A stretch of DNA of 57,427 nucleotides, counting the filler, from Basidiobolus ranarum (lineage: Eukaryota), in assembly GCA_040143965.1 (NCBI GenBank). It is 5 parts of 5 records of this genome, joined end to end, with 100 filler letters (N's around TTAATTAATTAA, not from the genome) between each part and the next. Parts side by side here need not be neighbours in the genome. Positions count along the whole stretch, not along the records: positions 11,522 to 22,937 come from JASJQH010007490.1; positions 23,038 to 34,446 come from JASJQH010007491.1; 3 more parts are not named here. The stretch is one strand, 5' to 3'. Below are positions 13,124-24,491 of the stretch, one piece after another. The notes beneath the pieces were generated by a model. The model saw only the letters and a list, made by a program, of their open reading frames with translations, made no database searches and was not told the DNA's origin. The stretch's first letter is position 1. Every line of letters starts with the position of its first letter. The position numbers were made by a program, and so were the translations under genes.

Positions 13124-14302
13124 TTATTCATCGTCGTCACTACTCCCTTCTTCTTCAGCTTCAGCTAGCCATTTCAAAAATGGTTCAGCTTTCTTGCGGA
13201 TACTCTTGCTAGTCTCTTTGTCAACATATTTCTTGCTAGCCTTTTCTCCCCATTTGAGGAAGATTCCTTCATCGATAATATCTTCATCATAGAGAGCCTT
13301 CAATATAACTGATGTTTTGGGTAAGAGTCCTTGAAAGTTTATACCAATCAAGCGCTCTAATCCTCCTAGAAGTGCCTTCTGATCTTTCTCGTTCTTGACC
13401 AAATTTTCCAACAAGTCACATCTAATGGGGATTTGCTTCACGATATTGTCGTCAAAAATAGTCTGGGCAATGACTTGAACGGCTCTGTGTCTCTTTTTAA
13501 TTCCAACTTCTTGCATCTTAGCCATGATCTCATCGTCGCTAGCTTTCTTGTTCTGTTCAAGCCAGGTACCAAATAATTCGTAAGAACTACTATATTCTTC
13601 ATCTTCCCCATCATCACCCATGACAAGAGAAGTATTCATACTGGCCTCCAGTTCTTTCATTCTTGCGGCAACAGCTTCAGGGCTAGTATCTTCGGCCCAG
13701 TCATCATCGTTAGCAAGCTGAGAATCAGCGGTAGGAAGGACCGCAACATCAGCATTAATTCTTCTGGTAAGCTCATCGTCAGAGTCATCACCTTCCTCAG
13801 TAGATGGGGGAGTATTGAGACCACTGTCAGCATGACCATGATTCTTCTTGCCCTTCCCCCTGGTTTCAGGTGGATTCTTGAGAATATAGGTGGTCAATTT
13901 TTGTCTCATATCAACAGGAGTACGCTGACCGCATGCCTTGCAGTCACGGATGATATCATCTTTGCTAATGATTAGATCAGTCTCCGGGTTTTTGCAGGCA
14001 CCACAGAGTACAAATTTATCAATGAAGCCATCCAATAACTTTTGCATTTTCTCAGCTTCATGAGAGCCATTAATAATATATCTGTCATTCTTGGCTTCGC
14101 ATTTGACTTGGGCTCCAAGTTCGCATCCAAAATATTTGGTTGGATAAGCAGGAGGGCGGCACAGAGAACGTGAAATATCTGTCATATTGGGCACCACGGT
14201 TTTGATACCATTACCTCTTCCTTCTACCTTAGCGAGCAAACGAGGCATCTTATAACGGTAGAAAGAGTCTTTGACATCTCTGCGGATATTGATAGCAGTC
14301 AT
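13124..14302 (-). CDS. TIF5: Translation initiation factor eIF5
   Basis: DSFYRYKMP, KVEGRGNGIKT, KYFGCELGAQ, C4 zinc finger (CGACKNPET..CKACG), and a C-terminal W2 domain ending FLKWLAEAEEE. Confidence 0.97.
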   Translation of the reverse strand: MTAINIRRDVKDSFYRYKMPRLLAKVEGRGNGIKTVVPNMTDISRSLCRPPAYPTKYFGCELGAQVKCEAKNDRYIINGSHEAEKMQKLLDGFIDKFVLCGACKNPETDLIISKDDIIRDCKACGQRTPVDMRQKLTTYILKNPPETRGKGKKNHGHADSGLNTPPSTEEGDDSDDELTRRINADVAVLPTADSQLANDDDWAEDTSPEAVAARMKELEASMNTSLVMGDDGEDEEYSSSYELFGTWLEQNKKASDDEIMAKMQEVGIKKRHRAVQVIAQTIFDDNIVKQIPIRCDLLENLVKNEKDQKALLGGLERLIGINFQGLLPKTSVILKALYDEDIIDEGIFLKWGEKASKKYVDKETSKSIRKKAEPFLKWLAEAEEEGSSDDDE

Positions 14303-14359
14303 ACTGATTTAGAAGTAAATGACGAATGATGGAAGTAACCAACTATGTGAGGAAGGCAG

Positions 14360-14470
14360 TTATAAAATCAATTTTTTTCTTTTGCAAAGATGTGTCAAAG
14401 ACGAAGCAAAATGAGTATCAGTGTAATTGAAACTTGATAGTGGTTGATACTTTGATAAAACTAAGAACAT
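14360..14470 (-). promoter_or_regulatory. Upstream ORF (36 aa) with a poor-context AUG in the eIF5 leader
   Basis: Context is TTC-ATG-T. It reads MFLVLSKYQPLSSFNYTDTHFASSLTHLCKRKKLIL* and ends 57 nt before the main AGT-ATG. It is the only minus-strand ATG within about 440 nt upstream of eIF5. Confidence 0.65.
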
Positions 14471-17066
14471 GAATTGCAGCAAATAAACTTGGATCGAAAG
14501 AAAGAATCTGTTGTGTTGAAGGTGTGTTTAAACAGATACAGAGTTGCCAACCAAAGTAAAGGGATTTCAACTTCGGAAATGAGATTGTTAAGCCTTCCTT
14601 GAACTTCTAATGTCCTTTTATCGTGGTCCGCAACGTGACGCAGTAAGAATAGGTTTATTTGAATCTAATGATTGGTGTTGGAGATTCTAGTTCCCTTGAA
14701 ACAAAGATGTCTATACCAAATTGTTGTTGATTATTAAATCTAACGCTCATCCAACTAGGCGCCCGGAGTTTGGGGGGAAATGATATGTACTGGCTAGATA
14801 GAAGACTCAGCCATCTAGTTTAGTGCTCAAATAGCTCATATTAAAGTTGGGAATAGAATTCTATACAAATAGTGTGAGACTTGGGCCATTTATAGTGCTA
14901 CGTCTCATTGGTGTGAATCATTTACACATGATTTCCTTGAAGCTTCCACAGTGCGTCGGTGACATCAATTAACTTGTGTTGTGGAAATATCAATAGAATG
15001 AAGCTTAGTGTGGAATTGCTATTGCAGTGAGAGCTAGAGTAAACAGCGACACTTGATAGAGTTATTTGAATGCGTGACAATTACATCTTTTACATTTATG
15101 TACATACATGCTTATTCCATTGCTCGGTATTATGTTTTAGTGGCAACTATGGAGGGAAACTTAGGGGCTTGTCCATCCCTCAACTGGATGAAGGTATATT
15201 GATGCTACTTGTCTAACACAGCTATCTTGATCTTGTAAGATCAAGTGTAGAATATTAATATATCATGGGATACATATTGCTATGTGACTTGAAGTTTAAA
15301 TTAGACTACCATAGAGTATCTTATATTGCGTGGTATATTGTATTTCGTGAACGTGGTATATATTTTTAGATATTGAGTATATGAAAAATCTACTTAAACG
15401 TTGTATATATAAGAGTGTACAGTAAGGTTTTTGAGTGTGGTAAAAGAAATACTCTGACTTTACAATAATGAATACGAGATGTTCATTTGTTTACTACTTC
15501 TTAACTTTCTTTGGTCGCTCTTGAAGACGACTATGTATTCCCTAGCTGGGGAATCTCTTGGTGAAATAGGCTGATTCATAGAACATACTATGTAGATTGA
15601 CTGTTCAGTGAATAGTTGGATGTTTAAAACATAAATGGTACTATTTGTGGTATACTCTATATATCTTCACTTGGGATATCTTGAAGTATCCACAGAAATA
15701 TTTTTGTTTCCTTCAATATGTTCCATGCCTCAATTTAAAAGAGCTCTCTGTGGACCATATGAAGTAGCTGGATCCATAGAGATATTTGTCTTGTTTGGGG
15801 CTCTCTTATTTCATAACCAAGTGTAGTTTCAAAAGTTCTCATACTTCAAAGTTCGTAGAGAAATATAAAATTACCAGCGACCAAACTGATAAAGTGTTGT
15901 ATTTCTCCATCTAGGTCAAACCCGATTAAAACGATATAAAATTTGAGTTTGAAGATGTCGATAGCTCTTACATAATAGTGGCCATCACACTGTATTGCTG
16001 AATACGGCTTTGGGTTTGTATATCGCAAGGAGCCAAAAATACGATTTCGGCTCGGCTCTCCGAACATATGCATTACCTAAACATAATTATCCGAGACATA
16101 ATCGTTAGTAACGTCAATCTCTAATGATCTTGGGGAGAAACTGCATTCATCAGTGGCTATTGGATAGAAAATAGCGGAATTAAAAGAATGCTGAATATAT
16201 AGAATATTCTGCAGATATAATTTCGATTGGAAAGATTATTCCATCGTGTGTTACGATGCATATATGAAGTAAGCGTCTTGGCTATGATTCTTCAAGCAAT
16301 GCAATTAGGTCTTAAGAATAGGAAATACTGGTTGGGCGAATAATAAAGAATCCCATATGTGAAGTTCGAGCGCCTTGGTTCCCTTCGCTTTGTGATCTAC
16401 ACAGTGTGCTATCCCTATACTCCATATATCGAACTGAGACTGAGCCATACGCTAGTAGCATGTGTAGCGAAGCATTTGCTATTCTTGTCCAAAAAGCTCC
16501 GCATGGGAGTGGAAGCACACTGTCTAATGCCATGCTCGCAAGGAAGCTTGCCAGCAGCCAGATTCGTTGGGCGTTTACATCTCATTGTATCAATCTAGTA
16601 ATTGCATTTCCTTCGTTTGGCGACATGGATATTACATATTGCCATATGGATAAAACTTGTTTCACTATGATCTGCCCAGTTGTACTATTTTTTGGGCTAC
16701 AGTTAGGCAGGAGTTCCTGATGCTGATCCAAACTGCTCATGTCTTAAAAGATTATTCCACAATGAGACGTGTCTGATCCGTAATATTCGTCTTTTGTGAT
16801 ATTTTTATATTGTTCTGAATGAAGATTTGCCAAAATAGGACAAAACCAGATAGTCACCAATGAATTACCTCCTGTGAATCCCATTCCAGGTGAACTACCG
16901 TCACTAGTAACCCCGGTTCCTTTCTTGAGTCTTGGTTGCTTACCTGTCAAATCTCTTTTAGGTGCTACCAATATTAACTCACCCGGACTTGTTTTTCTAT
17001 TTATCCTATAAAACTGCCTTTATTGCTCTGTTATATTCTCAATCTACGTTTTTCAAATTTCTCAGC

Positions 17067-18334
17067 ATGATATCTTTATTACGTTTCCAGAGTCACGACG
17101 TTAGTCGGTCTTTATTCTCTGCCATAAAATCTCGTTCCCACGTGCCTCGAATACAGTACAACACAAAGTTATCTTACTCTGCAGGAGCCAGACCATTTTC
17201 TCAACTTCATGTAAAAGCGAGAGCTCAAACAGACCGCAAATTGAGTACAACTCCACAAGCAGATTATGCCATTTCAGTCGAGGAGAAATTGGGCAATTCA
17301 CAATCGGTACATCTTAATACAAAAAAGATCCCGAATAGAGGTGTCTTTCATTCCTACAATTCACTAGTCACAGGTAAACCCTACGCCTGTTTTTCTTCTG
17401 TTTATATTGCGATTCCTAAACCAACATTTATATAGGCAAACTAAAATACGATACCGACGACGAAAACCCTATGTTAATCATACCTTCATCCACAATCTCG
17501 AACCAACAAAGTCTTTATTCGGAGGAGTTTGGGGCAGCGTTTCCTTTCAGCTTGAATTTGCCGCTTTCAGTGATGTCATATCAAATAAGAGAGGAGTACC
17601 CTCAGCTAAAAGAGGTGTCTTTTCATGAGTCTTCCGACGCTTTCAATCCATCCATTAAATATTCGCAACACTTTAAAGTAAAGGATGTGATACAGAAAGC
17701 CATAAAAAGTCCTTGCGGGGGTTTCTTCCTTTCAATTAATGGAAACCAGTTATTTATCCAGATTCCAACTTTCAAAGGTTAGATATCAAAATTTTTGATT
17801 TGACTGTAACATTTTATTTATTAATACTTTTAGAAAGAACAACCAAATTGGAAAATCATTTACTGACCTTAGAAGAACGTCTGAGACCGTTAAGGGAACT
17901 CAAAGAGAAGTGCGATATGCATGCTTCAAATACCAATAGAAAACTAGTTACTGGTGGCATGGCCGGGCTGTGCACCTACTTTGGTATCATGGCAAAGTTA
18001 ACGTGGTGGGATTATGGTTGGGATGGTAAGTTTAACCAAAGCTAAGTGACTCGTGTACCAAGGTGCTCACATGCTTCTCTTACCTACTGTAGTTATCGAG
18101 CCGTTTACTTATTTCACAGGAGTGGGTGTTGGTATTTTTGGATACTTGTACTTTTTAATCACCAAAAGAGATTACACATACGAATCTCTAACTAAATACG
18201 CGGTGAGCCGAAGACAAATGAATCTCTACTCGAAATTTAGATTTGATCATGAGATGTATCAAATTCTAAGCAATCAACGTGACCAAACTCACGAACGGAT
18301 CGAAAAGATACGCGAGGAATATGAAACCCCATAA
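17067..18334 (+). CDS. Mitochondrial calcium uniporter (MCU/DUF607) family; introns 17374-17435, 17778-17833, 18026-18092
   Basis: The spliced product has a presequence, a coiled coil, TM1-LTWWDYGWD|VIEPFTYF-TM2 (WDxxEP pore motif), and a YLYFLITKRDYTY..RRQ..LY..FD tail. Confidence 0.9.
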
Positions 18335-19175
18335 GGTTCAACCCTTGGTCAATCTTGTTTATAGTGGCTTGAAATCGATACTTCACATGTGTAAATTTAA
18401 TATATTTCCCTCATATAATTAGCTTTTATCTCACAAATATTCTGTTCACGACTTAACGCTAAACTAAAGCCCTTAACTCACTTATTAACTACAGTGATAA
18501 AACTTTATCCACTAACGAAGCTAAAGCTGTATCAATCACCACACATTGTTATATCATTTAACAAGAAGCTCATTAAAGAAATGAAATGCTCTAAAACCAT
18601 CTGATATATTCTTGGAGCTTTCAAATGGCCGTAATATAATATTCTGTACTAACCAAAGGTAGAATGGGATCAAGGTTCCATAAATCTGAGAGCAGTTTAT
18701 TAAAATAGCATGTATACGAAGGATATATATACCAAAGAGTTGTTTTGCTACTGGTAATGTTGGTCTATGTTCCACGGCTTCTACATTCTAGACTTACGCT
18801 TGGTAAGGGGGATGTAACCTTGTTGCAATTTACCTACAACACGGATGCTAATAGTTCACTACATTTCTATCGGTGGCTATAGCAAAAATATTGGACTTAA
18901 TATTGTGTTATTTAATTTGAACAAACTTGTGGATTTTTGTTGAGATCAACTACAATATGGAGTTTACTCATTTACATGGATTAGAGTTGAGTACGCGCAG
19001 ATGATCGTTTAGAGAAATCGGTTACTGATTATATCTATACTACAGGAGACGAAACGTTACACGTAAATCAATAAAGTATAAACAAATAGTAATATTGACA
19101 GTATAACAGGTCACAGTTTACAAGGGAGAGATAGGGTTTGTCGAGAGAAATGTTCTTCGGCAAATTAAGTAGAAA

Positions 19176-20558
19176 TCAATCCTGATCTGAGGTCACCTCA
19201 TCCCATAATTCATCAGATATGTTTGAGCAGGCTTTGAATCCCAAATTTTGCAATCTAGGAAGCTTCTTAAACATCTGGCGAACGTCGTCGTCTCTTAGAT
19301 CTTGCATTCCAGAGATATCTAGAGACCTTAAGTCTGGCAATCGGTTGGATATATCCTGAATGGCTTCCCTAGTCACCCGTCCACAGTAGCCCATTTTCAA
19401 ACTCTTTAGCTTACGACATTTATCTAGCAAAATCTTGATAGAAGAATTTGAAATTTGACCACAATATGTGATGTTAATATTTTGAATATCCGGTAGAGAG
19501 TTCGCGATAGCAATGATACCAACATCAGAGATGTTATCACAATAGCCCATGGACAACTGTTCAATCTCTGGACATTGTGTAGCAAGAGCTAAGACAGACC
19601 GGCTGGTGACTCCACTACAATAAGAAACATCGGCCGATTTCAGCTTTTTACAATTTTGAGCTAGAGCCAATATCCCAGAATCTGAGATAGAACTAGATGC
19701 TACGCTCAAATAGGCTAATAGCGATGAACGAGAAGCCAAATCAATTATAGTGCAGTCAGTCAAGATGTAGACATTGTTAAGGTTAAGGTGACGAAGTTTG
19801 TTGCTATACAATGCAATCTTTTGGACGACAGAGCGGGTCACTGGGCAGAAATCGAGTTGAAGCGATTCAAATTCCCTTCCAGTCTCAAATACTTTTTCAA
19901 GGCTTTGTCTACTTATATTCTGACAGTGGCTCAAATCCAGCGATGTTAACTTGGGACATCCCTCAACAACAGAAACTAGCGAGTGCCCTTCGATGAAGCA
20001 GTGTTTAACGGATAGTGTTTGTAGTTTTGAACAATTCGCAAGAGTAGAGATAGCAGAATCAGTGATTGAGGTGCAACCAGCTATGGAGAAGGATTCTACA
20101 TTCTTACAATAAAAACTTATAGCTTTTACGGCAATATCTGTAAGCTTGTAGCAATTGGTAAGATCAACTTTTCTGACTTGAGGGCAGTTACGAGCAATTA
20201 TTTGAATAAAAGAGTCGTGGATGTGATACTGCGTAGTTTTTTGCGACGAAAAGTTAATCTCTTCAACAAGCAAACTATAGTTACGAGTGAAGTAAGGATA
20301 GTTGAAGAGTGATTTTCTCTTATTAGAAAGGACTCTAGCAATTAATATATTCCAATTATTTCGAGCTCGTCGTTTTTGCAAAGTGAGTAAAGCTTGAGTT
20401 AAACTCTTAACTGCACGTACCGAAGGTTTAGGAGAACGCCATATAATGGAGCTTGCGACGCAATACCACAAAGAACATACAGACACGCACGAAGAAAGTT
20501 GGCCAGAGCTTTCGAGATATGAAAAGACTTGGGTCAGTATCTCCGGCGGTAAAGACAT
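19176..20558 (-). CDS. F-box/leucine-rich-repeat protein (FBXL/Grr1-like)
   Basis: N-terminal F-box (MSLPPEILTQVFSYL..VCSLW) followed by multiple cysteine-containing LRRs (LxxLxLxxCxxITD). Confidence 0.92.
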   Translation of the reverse strand: MSLPPEILTQVFSYLESSGQLSSCVSVCSLWYCVASSIIWRSPKPSVRAVKSLTQALLTLQKRRARNNWNILIARVLSNKRKSLFNYPYFTRNYSLLVEEINFSSQKTTQYHIHDSFIQIIARNCPQVRKVDLTNCYKLTDIAVKAISFYCKNVESFSIAGCTSITDSAISTLANCSKLQTLSVKHCFIEGHSLVSVVEGCPKLTSLDLSHCQNISRQSLEKVFETGREFESLQLDFCPVTRSVVQKIALYSNKLRHLNLNNVYILTDCTIIDLASRSSLLAYLSVASSSISDSGILALAQNCKKLKSADVSYCSGVTSRSVLALATQCPEIEQLSMGYCDNISDVGIIAIANSLPDIQNINITYCGQISNSSIKILLDKCRKLKSLKMGYCGRVTREAIQDISNRLPDLRSLDISGMQDLRDDDVRQMFKKLPRLQNLGFKACSNISDELWDEVTSDQD

Positions 20559-22937
20559 TAAAGTGACTAAGTTCAAAGAGTTCTAGGAACAAACTCTATT
20601 AGAATCTTCTTGGATTATAGGGGTAAGAGTTTATTTAAATGGACCCTAGGCGGATTGGGCTGAGTGTATCAGAATTTATTTGGATAAGTAAGCATGCCTG
20701 TTTGCTAAGTTATCTCCGTTACCTCCTCATTATGATTCTGGAAATAAACGAAACTAATTATCGATATTATGCTGGCTAGCCATAATTGTCTAAGTCGGCT
20801 ACGTATTTGTCCTCACCAGACGAAGTCCAAATGTATGATAGAATTTCAACTTTTCGATCAATCAAGCTCATAAACGCCTTATCGGGATTTCTGTGTCCAC
20901 TTTGTACAATACTCACAGGCATCATTGGGGCCTATATTGCTTGTAATAATGACGTTAGAACGATTGAATAGAATAACCAAGCACAGTATTCAGATGACAC
21001 TGCATGCTGCTGGATAGCATGCTTAATGCTTAATGCACTAATATTCTTAATTATTAGCTGCTTGAAACTCCTGGCCAATCCTAGCTGGTGGTTTTCTCAT
21101 CTTGTTGACATCGGGTTTATCGTATTCAGAGTCTCAGTGGCTGAGATAACGGATTTGAAACGATTAGATTTTGGTTGGCATTGAAATTTCGTTAGCAGCC
21201 CCATAAACAGCCTCGCTTAATAACTGGTAGTGAGTTGAAGGATATATCTAAGGAAACAATCTTAATGTGCGGTCAGCAGGCTTATGCAGCATTTCGAAAA
21301 ATACACTTGCTTGCAACGGCATCAAAAGGTTGATCCTTCATGGCGATTGTAACTGTATTTTAGTGGCAGTTACAACAGTGATATACTCGCTTATCTTGCA
21401 TTTCCTGCAAGTGGCTTATAGTGGCTAATGATTTTCCTTTTCACATGCAAGATAATAGCCAGAATCAATAATCCTGTTGTTTGGAGAATGCAAGAGTTAA
21501 AGATAATGAATTCCTTAGCTAAACCTTACAAGCTATAGCCTTTGTGAATATGCCGAGTGTAATGATACCTCATTTAGGTTTAACGAAACCACTGTTCATT
21601 ACAGGTCACGCAATAAGGGTTAACTTCAACTGACTTATTACTGCATGCTATGCTATGCTTCTATGCTGATTATTCAGCTGATGAATCATCTTGAGTATAC
21701 TTAGGTCTCCATACGTTCGTGACCGAACCTGCTTATTGGGGAAGGTGCGAGTTCGGAAGTTTCCGCCAAACGCTTGTCAAATGGTTCAAGCGTTTCAAAG
21801 CACTCTGTACAACACTAAAATCATCGCATTTGAAAATAACATCACCAGTCTTGGAATGCTGATATTTATCATGGTTAGATATAGCATGTTGGCAAGAAAG
21901 CCAAGAAACAACTGCCAGCCAAACGCTAGCCGATTTCACAACCAACCGCCAGCTCCTTAATCTACGTAATATCCCAGGTCACACAAAAACAAATAGGAGA
22001 AAAGAACCGCCAAATTTAGCGAAAGAGTTTCAAGCAAACCCAAAGATACCCCTCTTCAAAACTAATGTTAGAGCCTAATTGAGGCAAGATTGTCTCAAAG
22101 TATGTGATATCTGAAACATTTTTTATAGTGTTGGTAATACATTCGAGATTGCTGATCAGTTGAAGAACCACCAGATCAAGAACATGACTGGCTGAATGGT
22201 ATTCTGAAGGTAGATGGATCGGTGATGAGATTATGATAAGCTAACAGGTCAAGAAAATATGGCATCTCGTTATCCCCAACACGAATACAGTCGATCGCCG
22301 GATATTTGCACATATAAAGCGGAACGTTACTCTTTCAAATGTTTAGGTGACAGGTTTCGTTTACATGAAATTTAGCGGTAATTTTTAAGTTATTGGAGAA
22401 GTATCACACGCCCTATTTATTGCGCATCACCGCTTTCCCAGCAACTTTTCGTATTAGACAATTCAATTATCTACCGCAAGTGTTCATTGTCATCTTATGC
22501 ATGATTTATATGACCACACCCAGTAAAGATAACGATAGGCACCATCGAAAACGGGAGTTGAAACTGGTGATTTGTTTGATGGTATAGGCTTCCGATATGG
22601 TAGAATGAAGTGTTTGTGCAATGGTTAGGAGCAGTTCTTGGTTTTTAAACCACTAGATAACATATAAAGTCAATATAATATAACATACAACACTCGTGAA
22701 AGTGCAGGCGCTCTTTGCTTGCTTAATGAATACCTGATATATGATTAGTACTGACCGTTATATACTCTTTAATTCAGAAACAGTTTTTTAGCTAATATTC
22801 CTGTTGAGACGCAGTAAGATTTGAAGGAATCAGAACGGTGGCGACTTGGTTCTAAAGAAAGAGAGATGAGCGTTATGAGTGTGTAAGCGAAACAGGTTAA
22901 ATATATAGGATAATCTTAAAAGAGCATTGATGAGGGA

Positions 22938-23037
22938 NNNNNNNNNNNNNNNNNNNNNNNNNNNNNNNNNNNNNNNNNNNNTTAATTAATTAANNNNNNN
23001 NNNNNNNNNNNNNNNNNNNNNNNNNNNNNNNNNNNNN
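22938..23037. other. Artificial contig linker
   Basis: N run containing TTAATTAATTAA. Confidence 0.97.
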
Positions 23038-24491
23038 TTATCTTATAATTCACTAAGATATTATCAATTATTCTCAATCAGAATTTACTTAGAGTATTTT
23101 TACTAACTTAGAAGTTCTCAGATATATAGATTTCTCAAACTTGTGCTAGAAGCCCCAAACTTTGCACACATGTTCCTGGGACCTTCTTTAACATATTCTA
23201 CAGGTTAGTTTTTTTACATCCTGACAGAACTATAAATGTCAACTTTCTACTCAATAAATCAATAAGTGAAAACCACCAATTCCTCTAATTCTCCAAACCA
23301 CTTCCAATAGGCTCCCAAATACTTTAACAAAATCAGTCTAAATTTGATCCAAAGAGTAAGAAATACATATTTCTGGGTTATTGTAATCAAATCAAGGCCT
23401 ACTGACTCTATGATACCAAAGTTTCAAAGTTAATCAAGTCCAGGGATGCTTTGTTTAAAGAAATTGAAAGATTTCCACCTAAAATGATCTCAGATAATGA
23501 TAAAATCAATTTTCTCCCAATCCAATTATTCAAATTGATTCAAATTAAACAATGAAATGAATAATATTCCTGTGGCCCTATCAACCAAAGTTCAACCTAC
23601 TGAAGTGCCCAGTACAAAGAATCATGACACTGTGCCTAAAATGCACATATTCTGGATGAAACTTTGATCTGATGGGATATTCAGATGCAAATTGGGGGAG
23701 ATACTAAAGACAGGAGATCTATAACATGATACTTTTTTCTTTGCTGTACTAGAGCTATTTCTAGGAGTTCAAGGAGGCTACCTACTGTAGCACTTTCAAT
23801 AACAGAAGCAGAATACATGGCTGCCTATGGAGCAACAAAAGAATCAATATGTTTAAGAATACTCTTAACAGATTTAGGCTATTCTCATAATTCAACAACC
23901 ACAATATTTCCAGATAATTAAAGTTGTATGAAATTAGCTAAAAATTGCATGTTTCATAATAGAAGCAAACATTTAGATACTAGACATTGTTTCATTACAG
24001 AAACTATAGAGAATTAGTTAATTGACTTAACTAATTGTTCTACAGAAGATGTGATGGCTGATACATTTGCCAAACCATCAGCCAGACAGAAATTTGAGAA
24101 ATTTAGACCTTGCTTGGGATTAGTTTGTATAATTATTTAGTTCAGAGAGTGTTGGATTAGCATTGCTTAAGCAACTATATAGTCATATATAGCTTAGTAT
24201 TTAGCTATCTAATACTTCACTAAGATATTACTCATTATTCTCAATAGGGGTTTACTTGATACATTTTTACCACCTTAGAAGTTCTCAGATATATAGATTT
24301 TTCAAACTTGTGCTAGAAGCCCCAAGCTTGGCACACATATTCCTGGGACCTCTCTTAACACATTCCACACCTTAGTTTGTTTACATCTTGACAAAACTAT
24401 AAATGTCAACTTTCTACTAAATAAATCAATACTCTGACCAAATCCAACTTGCAAGAAGCTATCATTGGTTGGCCTATCAGGTCAACCTACA
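23038..24491 (+). mobile_element. Degenerate, internally deleted Ty1/copia LTR retrotransposon
   Basis: Imperfect direct repeats at about 23038-23264 and 24205-24431. Post-integrase segment KFDPKSKKYIFLGYC..KAY*LYD..KSRDALFKE (~23340-23465). Copia RNase H GYSDANW..TVALSITEAEYMA..FHNRSKHLD..ADTFAKP (~23675-24130). Purine tract AGAGAG precedes a 3' LTR running TGTTGG (24150) to CCTACA (24491). Confidence 0.92.
24150..24491 (+). repeat. 3' LTR of the copia element
   Basis: TG..CA ends, upstream purine tract, and about 225 bp shared with 23038-23264. Confidence 0.8.

Noticed and set aside
15226-15245. 9-bp perfect inverted repeat CTTGATCTT-GT-AAGATCAAG
   Set aside because: It is isolated, has no supporting context, and is plausible by chance in AT-rich DNA.
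23038-24431. CRISPR-like or segmental duplication reading of the direct repeats
   Set aside because: There are only two long copies flanking copia pol remnants, so they are LTRs.
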